DNA of 64,000 bases, from assembly GCA_002269645.1 (NCBI GenBank), contig NIVC01000193.1:1-64000 (forward strand), given 5' to 3'. The DNA is from Macrostomum lignano (Eukaryota). Made by a program: the position numbers and the translations under genes. The notes below the pieces were generated by a model. The model did no database searches, was not told the DNA's origin, and worked only from the letters and a program-made list of their open reading frames with translations. Below are positions 38,501-50,070 of this stretch, piece by piece. Position 1 is the stretch's first letter, and each line of letters starts with the position of its first letter.

Positions 38501-41500
38501 TGAGAGGCAGATTGGGGTAGCTGAGAGGCAGATTGGGGCATTGCAGAGGCAGCTTGGGGCATTGCAGAGGCAGATTGGGGCATTGCAGAGGCAGCTTGGG
38601 GCATTGCAGAGGCAGATTGGGGTAGCTGAGAGACAGATTGGGACAGCTGAGAGGCAGATTGGGACAGCTGAGAGGCAGATTGTGGCATTGCAGAGGCAGA
38701 TTGGGGCATTGCAGAGGCAGATTGGGGCATTGCAGAGGCAGATTGGGGCATTGCAGAGGCAGCTTGGGGCATTGCAGAGGCAGATTGAGGTAGCTGAGAG
38801 ACAGATTGGGACAGCTGAGAGGCAGATTGGGGTAGCTGAGAGGCAGATTGGGGCATTGCAGAGGCAGATTGGAACATTGCAGAGGCAGATTGGAGCATTG
38901 CAGAGGCAGATTGGGGCATTGCAGAGGCAGATTGGGGCATTGCAGAGGCAGGTTGGGGCATTGCAGAGGCAGGTGACCACACTGCAACAAAAACTCCACC
39001 GCAGGTACCACGAGTTCCTCACCCAGGTTGAGGAGGAAGAGGCGTGGATCATGGAGAAGCAGCACCTGCTGTCATCCAACGATCTCGGCGACAACCTGGC
39101 TGCAGTGCAGGGCCTGCTGAAGAAGCACGACACCTTCGAGACCGACTGTCACGTTCACGAGGAGCGCTGCCAGGAGATCTGCTCCAAAGGCGACGAGCTG
39201 ATTGCCGCCGACAACATCCAGAAGGACACCATCGAGCGTCGTTGCGAAGGTCTCAAAGCCAAGCTGGAGGTGCTGCGCAACGCTGCCGCTAAACGACGCA
39301 GTCAGCTGACTGACAACTCCGCCTTCCTGCAGTTCATGTGGAAAACCGACGTTGTGGAGTCCTGGATCAAGGACAAGGAGTCCATCGTGCGCTCTGACGA
39401 CTACGGCCGGGATTTGAGCAGCGTGCAGACTCTACTCACCAAGCAGGAGGCCTTTGATGCTGGGCTGCAGGTGAGCTGCCGTCTGGGGAGTGAAGGGTCT
39501 GTAGGGTAAATGAAGGGTCTGTAGGTTGAATGAAGAGTCTGTAGGTTGAATGAAGGGTCTGTAGGTTGAATGAAGAGTCTGTAGGTTGAATGAAGGGTCT
39601 GTAGGGTAAATTAAGGGTCTGTAGGGTAAATTAAGGGTCTGTAGGGTAAATAAAGGGTCTGTAGGGTATATGAAGGGTCTGTAGGGTAAATAAAGGGTCT
39701 GTAGGGTATATGAAGGGTCTGTAGGGTATATGAAGGGTCTGTAGGGTATATGAAGGGTCTGTAGGGTATATGAAGGGTCTGTAGGGTATATGAAGGGTCT
39801 GTAGGGTATATGAAGGGTCTGTAGGGTATATGAAGGGTCTGTAGGGTATATGAAGGGTCTGTAGGGTAGATGAAGTGTATGTAGGGTAAATAAAGGGTCT
39901 GTAGGTTGAATGAAGGGTCTGTAGGTTGAATGAAGGGTCTGTAGGTTGAATGAAGGGTCTGTAGGTTGAATGAAGGGTCTGTAGGTTGAATGAAGGGTCT
40001 GTAGGTTAAATGAAGGGTCTGTAGGTTGAATGAAGGGTCTGTAGGTTGAATGAAGGGTCTGTAGGTTGAATGAAGGGTCTGTAGGTTGAATGAAAGGTTT
40101 GGGTAGGGTCTGCGTGTTTATTGCATCGAGTCCATTGAAGTACATCGAGATCCACATCTCACCATGAACTCAATTCGCCACAATCGCAGGCATTCGAGAA
40201 GGAAGGCATCCAGAGCATCTCCGCCCTGCGCGACCAGCTGGTCGAGGCCAAGCACGACCAGACTGAGGCCATCAACAATCGCCTGAAATTCGTGCTGCAG
40301 CGCTGGGAGGCCCTGAAGAAGGGCTCAACCGCCCGGCGTGACCAGCTGAAGGATCTGGAGAAGCGCTACAAGCACGTGGAGGATCTGTTCCTTCAGTTCG
40401 CCAAGGAGGCCTCCGCCTTCAACTCCTGGTACGAGAACGCCGAGGAAGACTTGCTGGATCCAGTTCAGTGCAACTCGCTGGACGAAGTCAAGAAGCTTCG
40501 CGAGCACCACGAACGATTCAAAGTGTCGCTGAAGGACTCGGAGGAGCGCTATCGCAGTTTGGAGAAGCTGGACAAAGAGATCAAAGAGTTTGCGGTGACC
40601 TTGAATCCCTACACCTGGTACACCATGGAGAACATCCAGAGCACCTGGGAGAATCTCAAGGCCATCATTGTGAACCGGGACCGGGAGCTCACTGCCGAGC
40701 TGCGCAACCAGGAGCGCAAGGAGGAGTTCAGGAAGAGCTTCGCCAATATTGCTAACAAGTTCCACGACTGGGTGAGCTGTTCATTTACATGAATCTGCTG
40801 CTCACTGTTGCAGATCTTAATCTCTTAAAACCCTGCATCTCAGTCTATGTCCCTTCATTTCAACTTTCAAAACTACAAACCTTCCTTTCAAGCTTGCAAA
40901 CCCTTCATCTCGAGCCTACTAGCCCTTCATCTCCAACCTACAAACCCTTTTATCTATAACCTACAAGCCCTTCATCTCCAACCTACAAACCCTTCATCTC
41001 CAACCTACAAACCCTTCATCTCCAACCTAAAAACCCTTCATCTCCAACCTACAAACCCTTCATCTCCAACCTACAAACCCTTTTATCTACAACCTACAAA
41101 CCCTTCATCTCCAACCTACAAACCCTTCATCTCCAACCTAAAAACCCTTCATCTCCAACCTACAAACCCTTCATCTCCAACCTAAAAACCCTTCATCTCC
41201 AACCTAAAAACCCTTCATCTCCAACCTACAAACCCTTCATCTCCAACCTAAAAACCCTTCATCTCCAACCTAAAAACCCTTCATCTCAAACCTACAAACC
41301 CTTCATATCCAGCCTAAAAACCCTTCATTTCCAACCTACAAACCCTTCATCTCCAACCTAAAAACCTTTCATCTCCAACCTACAAACCATTCATCTCCAA
41401 CCTAAAAACCCTTCATCTCCAACCTGCAACAGGTGGAGACCACCCGCCGCGCCATGCTGAGCATCAGCACCCAGGAGGATCTGAACTACGAAGCCCAGCT

Positions 41501-42179
41501 GCAGCGCATCAAAGAGGCCTCCGTGGACATCCGGGCCCGCAAGCAGGACCTCAAGGACATCAACCAGTGGACCACGTCGCTAGAGAACGAGATGATCCTG
41601 GAGAACCAGTACACCAGCCACTCGGCGGTGTCCCTCAGCCAGGCCTGGGACCAGCTGGACCAGCTTGCCATGCGCATGCAGCACAGCCTGGAGCAGACCA
41701 TCCTGGCCCTGCAGCAGGCCGGCGTCCCAGACGACGTGAAACGCGAATACATCATGATGTTCAAGCACTTCGACAAGGACAACTCTGGCCGGTTGGACAA
41801 GCGCGAGTTCAAGCAGTGCCTGCTGGCTCTCGGCCACGATTTGAAATTCGGCGAAGACAGCGACGCCGTGTTCGACTCGGTGATGGCCCGGGTTGACCCC
41901 AACCGCAGCGGCTACGTTGAGATGCAGGAGTTCATCAACTACATGATCATGAAGGAGACTGAGAACGTCTCCTCTCGTCTGGACGTTGAAGAAGCCTTCA
42001 AAGCCCTGTGCCGCGAAGGCCGGCCGTACATCACCCGCGACGAGCTGTACAGCTCGCTGCCGAAGGTGCAGGCGGACTACTGCGTCCGCAGCATGGAGCC
42101 CTACGTTGATCCCAACGGCCGCGCAGTTCCCGACGCTTATAACTATCAGAAGTTCACCATGAACGTGTTCCAGAACTGA
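23530..42179 (+). CDS. SPTAN1: Alpha-spectrin (non-erythroid type), 12 coding exons, about 2427 aa
   Basis: Exons 23530-24838, 25356-25921, 26887-27469, 28733-29604, 29858-30441, 30812-30911, 34304-35012, 37208-37566, 37701-38107, 39005-39470, 40190-40771, 41433-42179. All are GT-AG with consistent phases and total 7284 nt. N-terminal KILETVDDIQGRR tetramerisation helix, spectrin repeats, SH3 (about 29203-29385) and C-terminal EF hands (FKHFDKDNSGRLDKREF). The symbol denotes the family. Confidence 0.97.
25000..25290. repeat. Spectrin intron 1 repeats (AATGAGG..CCAGGT and 18-bp GTGAGATGATGAGGTGTC)
   Basis: Two adjacent short arrays. Confidence 0.8.
26090..26755. repeat. Spectrin intron 2 minisatellite GGGTCATTAAGAGTCAGCTGT (about 21 bp, with variants)
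   Basis: Tandem degenerate units. Confidence 0.9.
27510..28130. repeat. Spectrin intron 3 minisatellite TTTTCATGATTTAGGGTGAGAT (about 22 bp)
   Basis: Degenerate tandem units. Confidence 0.88.
28443..28662. repeat. About 29-bp repeat with TGCCGATATGTATCGAAA core
   Basis: At least 5 copies just upstream of the exon 4 acceptor. Confidence 0.8.
29633..29810. repeat. Spectrin intron 4 21-bp repeat GATTTGTAGATTGGTTTGACC
   Basis: About 8 units. Confidence 0.88.
30470..30757. repeat. Spectrin intron 5 21-bp repeat GATTGGATTGATCAGTTTGCA
   Basis: About 13 units. Confidence 0.9.
31728..32893. repeat. 28-bp minisatellite CCTCCCAGATCCTCAGTTGCTGGGCCAG with higher-order variants
   Basis: About 40 units, including units with a CCCCAGTCCTCAATA insert. 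Confidence 0.95.
33505..34190. repeat. 32-bp minisatellite ACTACCGATATGTATCGAAATCAGTTATAGCA
   Basis: About 21 units upstream of the exon 7 acceptor. Confidence 0.95.
35060..36060. repeat. Spectrin intron 7 minisatellite GTGTGAATGAAACCATAATTT (about 21 bp)
   Basis: Long degenerate tandem array. Confidence 0.93.
38134..38975. repeat. Spectrin intron 9 21-bp minisatellite (GGGACAGCTGAGAGGCAGATT / GGGGCATTGCAGAGGCAGATT)
   Basis: About 40 units of two subtypes. Confidence 0.96.
39490..40095. repeat. Spectrin intron 10 20-bp minisatellite TGAAGGGTCTGTAGG(TTGAA/GTATA)
   Basis: About 30 units. Confidence 0.96.
40880..41425. repeat. Spectrin intron 11 22-bp minisatellite AAACCCTTCATCTCCAACCTAC
   Basis: About 24 units running up to the exon 12 acceptor. 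Confidence 0.96.
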
Positions 42180-43224
42180 CCAGCATGCTACTGACAGTAA
42201 TATGATGCAGACGCTGAAAAACTAATATAGCCATTTTTATATTATTATAAATGCTTCTCCCTGCCCTTATAACTCTGTGTTTTTTAGTATAGCTTCACTA
42301 GTATAATATTATTACTATTACTATTACTATTTATAATAGTCCTTTAACTCGTAACTCGGTGTTATGGTTCGTCATCGTATCTAAGCTTATATGTTATTTC
42401 TATTTCTATCGATATGCAGCTCGCATCTGCTTTTCTCTGTTGCCTGAATATATCAGTGTCTCTCTCCGGTTTCGGCTTCTTTTTTGTTTGATCATTTCAA
42501 ATTAAAAAAATAGAGTACTAATTAGCTGATAAATAACTCATTAAAACACAAAGAGGGAGAGAGAGACTTAACAGGCCGAGAGAAATCAGATTAATTATAT
42601 TATTCATTTTCAAATCCCATTCATTTTACGCAATAAATTTACGCAAATTAATTAAACACTACTGTTAGTAACTAAAAAGCGCTTTTTTTCTCCGGATGTT
42701 TTTCTTATTGAAAAAAGTAAAAAATAAACTAGATATTCACTACTGCTACTGCTTACTACCAGTACTAATTGTAGGCTTTTTTGTCGCTTTCGAAACAGAA
42801 ATTCAATTGCTAGAATAAATTTATTTAGTTCTGTGCGCAAGCCAGCTAAAACGCTATAAGAAAAGTTCGCCTTTGCACTTTTACCTGTACCCGCTGTCAC
42901 TGAGACACGAATCCAAGTAGTTAATCAAATTTATTATAAAAAATTATAATACAATACAATTTTTCGCTTTCAATTTTTTTCTCATTTCAATATCTTTTTG
43001 AATACGAAAAGTCTGCTTTTCGCTTGTTATTGTTCCACTTGGAATAGAAACTAAATAAATATTATACTGAATACCCGGCTATAGTGTTTATTTATTTATT
43101 CGTAACAATTTTCACCAACCCACTTAGCCTTTTACCCGCTTTGAGAACTCAGTAGCGTTCGCTTGAAAATCTGTGTCCATTGTGTTGGCTTTGTTATTTT
43201 TACTCGATTCTCATCGTGATATGA

Positions 43225-44040
43225 GAGGATGAGAGTGAGGTGAGAGGGGATGAGAGTGAGGTGAGAGAGGATGAGAGTGAGGTGAGGGGATGAGAGTGAG
43301 GTGAGGGGATGAGAGTGAGGTGAGAGGGGATGAGAGCGAGGTGAGGGGATGAGAGTGAGGTGAGGGGATGAGAGTGAGGTGAGAGGGGATGAGAGCGAGG
43401 TGAGAGGGGATGAGAGCGAGGTGAGAGGGGATGAGAGTGATGTGAGAGGGGATGAGAGTGAAGTGGGAGGGAATGAGAGTGAGGTGAGAGAGGGGATGGG
43501 AGTGAGGTGAGAGGGATGAGAGCGAGGTGAGAGGGGATGAGAGTGAGGTGAGAGTGGATGAGAGTGAGGTGAGAGGGGATGAGAGTGAAGTGGGAGGGAA
43601 TGAGAGTGAGGTGAGAGAGGGGATGGGAGTGAGGTGAGAGGGATGAGAGCGAGGTGAGAGGGGATGAGAGTGAGGTGAGAGGGGATGAGAGTGAGGTGAG
43701 GGGATGAGAGCGAGGTGAGGGGATGAGAGCGAGGTGAGAGGGGATGAGAGTGAGGTGAGAGGGTATGAGAGTGGGGTGAGATAAGAGTGAGTTGAGAGGG
43801 GATGAGAGTGGGGTGAGATAAGAGTGAGTTGAGAGGGGATGAGAGTGGGGTGAGATAAGAGTGAGTTGAGAGGGGATGAGAGTGAGGTGAGGGGATGAGA
43901 CGGGTGAAAGCTGATAAGAGTTGAGTTGAGAGGATGAGAGCTGAAAGGAGATGGGGAGTGAGAGTGAGGTTAGTGGGGCCGGTAGTAAGGTGAGAGGGGA
44001 TGAGAGTGAGGTGAGAGGGGATTAGAGTGAGGTGAGAAGA
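43225..44040. repeat. GA-rich minisatellite GATGAGAGTGAGGTGAGAGGG
   Basis: Tandem units of about 20-22 bp. Confidence 0.93.
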
Positions 44041-44859
44041 TGCACTTTCTTTCAATTTTGCTGCATTCTTTCGAATTCTCGAGTTGGCTGGCTACAGCTG
44101 GTCCCAGAGCCAGCTCAATGCATCCAGGAGACCCTCCATCCACCACTGAAGCTTCAGCCGGCACCCGAGCCCGAGGTCTTAAACAATGAATGCTTGGAGG
44201 GGGTGGCCACTGGCTTGCCGAAAAATATCCCCATACCTTAGCCAGTATAAGGAATGCCCTCGGAGGGAAATAAGTAGCTCTCAGAGCTGTGTTTGGTAAT
44301 ATTTTTCCGAGCGGTTTGATAAGAGCTTGAGAACTGATCCCCGTTCGTGTGGGATCGCGGAGCAGAGATAGCCTGCAGTGTGTTTGCCAAGTGGTGGGGC
44401 CTTCTGGGCCCATCGCATTAGAGCCGCATGGGCTGCTGCGGTGGGTTGGATCCGCGCCATCTGCTGCTGTAATTCCCTGAAATTTGGCGCGTTTTGTTGG
44501 TGAATTGAAAATTTTGCTTTGAATTTTTTTATTCTTAGATATGGTAATAAAATTTTTCACATACATGTAGTTACCAGGTACTCGTACATTAATTCATTTT
44601 TTCTGTTTTTAAAAGGCTTTATTGTGTGTCTCTGGCCCGATCAATTAACAAGCATCTTCGTGCTGCGGCGCATGTCACGTGACTGACACGTGTCCGGTTG
44701 GATACAAGTACCTTTCAGCCTCCGATTGCGCTTGGGAGGACCTGTTGCCATTTTTTTGAGTTGGCTCTTGTAAGAGAAAGTGTGGGGTAGGGAGCGGGCA
44801 AGGAGTGGGAGAGAGCGGATAGGGAGCAGAAAGATGAACGGGAGAGAGCGGAACACGAG

Positions 44860-45975
44860 CGGGAGACAGCGGAAGGGGAGTGGGAGACAGCAGAAGGAAG
44901 GTAGGAGACAGCGGAAGGAGAGTTGGAGACAGCGGAAGGAGAATGCGAGAGACAGCGGAAGGAAAGTAGGAGACAGCGGAAGTAGAGTGGGAGACAGCGG
45001 AAGGGGAGTAGGAGACAGCGGAAGTAGAGTGGGAGACAGCGGAAGGGGAGTGGGAGACAGTGGAAGGAGAGTGGGAGACAGCGGAAGGAGAGTTGGAGAC
45101 AGCGGAAGGAGAGCGGGAGACAGCGGAAGAGGAGCGGGAGACAGCGGAAGGAGAGTAGGAGACAGCGGAAGGAGAGCGGGAGACAGCGGAAGGGGAGTGG
45201 GAGACAGCGGAAGGAGAGTAGGAGACAGCGGAAGGAGAGTGGGAGACAGCGGAAGGAGAGCGGGAGACAGCGGAAGGGGAGTGGGAGACAGCGGAAGGAG
45301 AGTAGGAGACAGCGGAAGGAGAGTAGGAGACAGCGGAAGGAGAATGGGAGACAGCGGAAGGAGAGCGGGAGACAGCGGAAGGAAAGTAGGAGACAGCAGA
45401 AGGAGAGTAGGAGACAGCGGAAGTAGAGTGGGAGACAGCGGAAGGGGAGTGGGAGACAGTGGAAGGAGAGTGGGAGACAGCGGAAGGAGAGTTGGAGACA
45501 GTGGAAGGAGAGCGGGAGACAGCGGAATGGGAGTGGAAGACAGCGGAAGGAGAATGGGAGACAGCGGAAGGGGAGTGGGAGACAGTGGAAGGAGAATGGG
45601 AGACAGCGGAAGGAGAGTAGGAGACAGCGGAAGGAGAGCGGGAGACAGCGGAAGGAGAATGGGAGACAGCGGAAGGAGAGCGGGAGACAGCGGAAGGAGA
45701 TTGGAGACAGCGGAAGGAGAGCGGGAGACAGCGGAAGGGGAGTGGGAGACAGCGGAAGGAGAGTAGGAGACAGCGGAAGGAGAGCGGGAGACAGCGGAAG
45801 GAGAGTTGGAGACAGCGGAAGGAGAGCGGGAGACAGCGGAAGGGGAGTGGGAGACAGCGGAAGGAGAGTAGGAGACAGCGGAAGGAGAGTGGGAGACAGC
45901 GGAAGGAGAGTAGGAGACAGCGGAAGGAGAGCGGGAGACAGCGGAAGGAGGGTGGGAGACAGCGGAAGGGGAGCG
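44860..45975. repeat. 21-bp minisatellite GGGAGACAGCGGAAGGAGAGT
   Basis: About 52 units. Confidence 0.96.
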
Positions 45976-46406
45976 GAGGGCAGTTCAGAGTGGAAGAGGC
46001 TGAGCTTCATACAGATAGGAGGCAGGGGGCGAATTTCGCTAAGAACTCCTGCACAGAGCCGCAGCAGTGGGAGGCGGTGGCTCAAGTCACAGAGCGGGCA
46101 GTAGGGGGGTTGGAGGCCAATTAATGAGTGATTGGGCACTCAAAGTCGAAAGATGCAACTCTCAACTCCGGGCCAATTCAAGCTTCATATCCGAAGGGCC
46201 AATCTCCACAGCTCAAAGCCATTGTCGCAGTCATATATGAATTCTAATATCCGTCAGCGGTAGAAAAATTAGTCGACAGGTGTTGCCACAGGTTCGCCCG
46301 AGAGGCAGAGGGGAATTGGGTTCGGTTTGAGCAGGGACTGCTTGAGATAGCGCCGCTGGACTGGAAACTGAAAGAAACAAGCTGCCCCATTTTGACGCTG
46401 GGGTCG

Positions 46407-46745
46407 ATGAAGGTTGTGAATGTTGTGAAGGTTGTAGATGCTGTGAGGGTTGTGAATGCTGTGAGGGTTGTGAATGTTGTGAGGGTTGTGAATGTTGTGA
46501 GGGTTGTGAATGTTGTGAGGGTTGTGAATGTTGTGAGGGTTGTGAATGCTGTGAGGGTTGTGAATGAAGAGTTGGCGAAGGTTGTAAATGTTGTGAGGGT
46601 TGTCAATGTTGTGAATGTTGTGAACATTGTGAATGTTGTGAACATTGTGAATGTTGTGAATGTTGTGAATGTTGTGAATGTTGTGAATGTTGTGAATGTT
46701 GTGAATGTTGTGAATGTTGTGAATGTTGTGAATGTTGTGATGGTT
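46407..46745. repeat. (GTTGTGAAT)n 9/18-bp repeat
   Basis: Directly visible. Confidence 0.93.
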
Positions 46746-47169
46746 GTAAAGCAAAGGTCGTATTCGTTGCCACCCTAACGTCTAAATGAGCATTTTCTAT
46801 TCCATCTTCCAGTCCAGTGCTGCTATCTCCAGAGAAGTCCTTGGCTTGAGTTCTCCAAGCCAGCCAAGACTGTCTACAGCAGGTCTCGGAGCAGTTGGCG
46901 TGGCTGGGCCAATTTCTGTATGCAAATCAGAGAGACAGAAGGCAAATACTGTTGACGCAACGTTCGATTTTAGAATAACTGTTCGGCTTGAATTTTAAAC
47001 TTTGATTAAAGCAATTGCGGCTGGCTTTTGGCACGGCTTGTCCTGTGGTGCGGTACGCCAAGTGCTCTGACTCCGATTGTGGGATTTGGAGTCGCTGTGA
47101 TTCTCAGATGAAGCTGAATATCGGTACGTTATATAAATCTTTATCCTTTTCAAAATTCTCACGAACTGA

Positions 47170-47755
47170 TTCGCAGAGAGGAGAGGAAAGACGAGAGAAG
47201 GAAGGAGAGATGACAAAGAGGAGAAGGGAGACTGAAAAGAGGAGAGGAAGAGGAGAGAGGGAGAGAGAGAGAGGAGAATGGGAGAGGAGAGGGGAGAGAG
47301 GAGAGGGGGAGGAGAGAGAGAGAAGGGAGAGAGGAGAGGGGGGAGAGGGGAGAGAGAGAAGACTCAGAGGAGAGGGAGAGGCCAGGGGGAGAGAGGCCAG
47401 AGAGGGAGAGGTCGGGGAAGGGGAGAGGCAGGAGAGAGGGAGAGGTCGGGGGAGAGGGGAGAGACCAGGGGAGAGGAGAGGCCAGGGGAGAGGGAAAGGG
47501 CCAGGGAGAGGGAGGCGAGGGGAGAGGCCAGGAGAGAGGGAGAGGGCAGGGGGAGGGGGAGAGGGCCAGGGGAGAGAAGAGGGCGAAGGGAGAGGGAGGC
47601 CAGGGGCGAGGGGAGAGGGCCAGGAGAGAGGGAGAGGTCGGGGAGAGGAAAGGGCCAGGGGAGAGGGGGAGGGCGAGGGGAGAGGGCCAGGGGAGAGGGG
47701 GAGGGCCAGGGGAGCCAGGGGAGAAGGGGAGGGCCAGGGGAGAGGCAAGGAGGGA
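47170..47755. repeat. Purine-rich low-complexity (GA/GGCCA) tract
   Basis: Directly visible. Confidence 0.9.
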
Positions 47756-48402
47756 AGATGTCACGGATTTTGGCTGCCGCAAATCAATAGCGACAGACAT
47801 TGGACCAGCCAGCAAGGAGACCAGCAGCCATTTCCATCCCCCTGACACACAGCGGTCCTCTGACACATATTGAGTGCCTCGAAGTCCAGGCCTATTGTTG
47901 TAGGTGCGTGACGGTCCGTCAAGCACTTGTTTTAGACTGTCATAAGTATTAATTTGATCTCAACCTATTTTTATTGCTAGTAAATTACTGCACCTGTAAA
48001 ATACTTTACAAAGTTATCTTAGCTTCATTGGCTTGACATGGCCACTCCTGATAAACTTAGTTGAGCAAATTCTCTCATGGAATATGCTCCAATTTTATTT
48101 ATACGAGCGTATGCCTCGTCATAAGCCAGTTTTACAACCTGAACCTATAAGAGTAAATTACACTGGGCAATTGATCTTGGCTGGCAGCGGAGGCGACTCC
48201 TTTGAACTTTGCCGTCGTCTTGAAAATAAGCCTCCTATGCCATAAAATTATAATTGAGTTCAAGGTATAATTTATGCTATCAATTTTGTAGGCACTAATT
48301 TTGTTAACTTTTATTAGAGAGCTCGTTTACTATCTTGTACAATGTACAACTTGTGCAGTGCGTTTTAGCAATCTTTTATTGAGATCAGATCTTATCTCTA
48401 CA

Positions 48403-48940
48403 GTCTCCTCTCCTCTCCTTTCCTCTCCCCTCCTTTACTCTCCTCTCCTCTCCTCTCCTCTCCTCTCCTCTCCTCTCCTCTCCTCTCCTCTCCTCTCCTC
48501 TCCTCTCCTCTCCTCTCCTCTCCTCTCCTCTCCTCTCCTCTCCTCTCCTCTCCTCTCCTCTCCTCTCCTCTCCTCTCCTCTCCTCTCCTCTCCTCTCCTC
48601 TCCTCTCCTCTCTCTCCTCTCCTCTCCTCTCCTCTCCTCTCCTCTCCTCTCCTCTCCTCTCCTCTCTCTCCTCTCCTCTCCTCTCCTCTCCTCTCCTCTC
48701 CTCTCCTCTCCTCTCCTCTCTCTCCTCTCCTCTCCTCTCCTCTCCTCTCCTCTCCTCTCCTCCTCTCCTCTCCTCTCCTCTCCTCTCCTCTCCTCTCCTC
48801 TCCTCTCCTCTCCTCTCCTCTCCTCTCCTCTCCTCTCCTCCTCTCTCCTCTCCTCTCCTCTCCTCTCCTCTCCCTCTCCTCTCCTCTCCTCTCTTCCCCT
48901 CTCCTCTCCTCTCTTCCCCTCTCTTCTCTCTTCTCCTCCA
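48403..48940. repeat. (CCTCT)n microsatellite
   Basis: Directly visible. Confidence 0.96.
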
Positions 48941-49619
48941 ACCTTCCTCAGCCAATGATAAGCATCATCGGCTTTTTTATTTGCAATAAATCAGTTAAAA
49001 AAATCATGGCTAATGAATATTGTATCGCATATGTTAAATGAACACATTTTCCTTAGTTCCGCTACTTGTTAGATGTGTAACAAAAACATTTCTGTTGAAA
49101 AAAATTAACTCATTATAGAATCTCCATGCAGGCTTGGATCCTATCTGGCTTGGATCGAACATGATGTCGCTAGACTAGAATGACTTTTCCAGTCAGTTTC
49201 ACTTATCTGATTGGGCTATCTATCTCATAGAGTTTTTTCTCTAGTGAGCGAGAGGTAACTATGCCGTTCATAGTTCACAGCTTCCTGGTTGGTTGCTAAG
49301 TTAGAATTTAACGAATTTTGGGATTTTAACGGTATAATGAGTCATAAATGTTACAGTGAAGTTAGCGAATAAATTTCAAGAGCATGGATTGTAGAGTATA
49401 CTGTATCAGATTGGCTAAAGCATATTCGTATTGCATTTCTATGATGCCTATGGGCAAGTCAAGTGTGGAAATATTGTAACATCTGCGTAGCAAGTGTACA
49501 GGGCAAGTGTTTTATGCTTAAATTTTTTTAATATTGAAAAAACTGCATCTCTACATGTGGTCTTGTCCGAGAGTTGGTTGTCACGGTGATTGTCGGGAAA
49601 GTCTGGGGAGAAAAATCGA

Positions 49620-50070
49620 ATGAAAAGTGTGAGAGAGTAGAGGTGAGATGGTAGAGGGGAGAATAGAGTGAGTAGAGGGGAGAGTATGGGGAGGATAGAG
49701 GGGAGAGTGGATAGGGTAGAGGGGAGAGTATGGAGAGGATATAGAGGGAGAGTGGAGAGGGTAGAGGAGAGAGTATGGAGAGGATAGAGAAGAGAGTGGA
49801 GAGGGTAGAGAGGAGAGTGGAATGGAAAGGATAGAGGGGAAAGTGGAGAGGGGAGATTAGAGAGTGGAGTGGAGAGGTAAGATTAGATGGGCGAGGGTAG
49901 AGGGGAGAGTATGGAGAGGATAGAGGGAAGAGTGGAGAGGAAGGAGGGGAGAATGGAGTGGAGAGGGAAGAGTAGATGGGAGAGGGTAGAGGGGAGAGTA
50001 TGGAGAGGATAGAGGGGAGAGGGGAGAGGATAGAGGGGAGAGTGGAGTGGAGAGGGGAGAGTTGACTGGA
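49620..50070. repeat. Purine-rich degenerate repeat (GGAGAGGATAGAGGGGAGAGT-like)
   Basis: Directly visible. Confidence 0.85.

Noticed and set aside
23485-41902. Antisense and alternate-frame ORFs over spectrin exons (e.g. 23485-24210, 28960-29463, 40325-40765)
   Set aside because: Shadow ORFs from GC-rich codon usage of the real gene; no recognisable motifs.
44715-46139. 474-aa and 328-aa ORFs
   Set aside because: Translations of the 21-bp GGGAGACAGCGGAAGGAGAGT array.
47760-47926. Minus-strand peptide APTTIGLDFEAL resembling a Rab switch I
   Set aside because: No P-loop or DTAG motif and no clean flanking exon structure.
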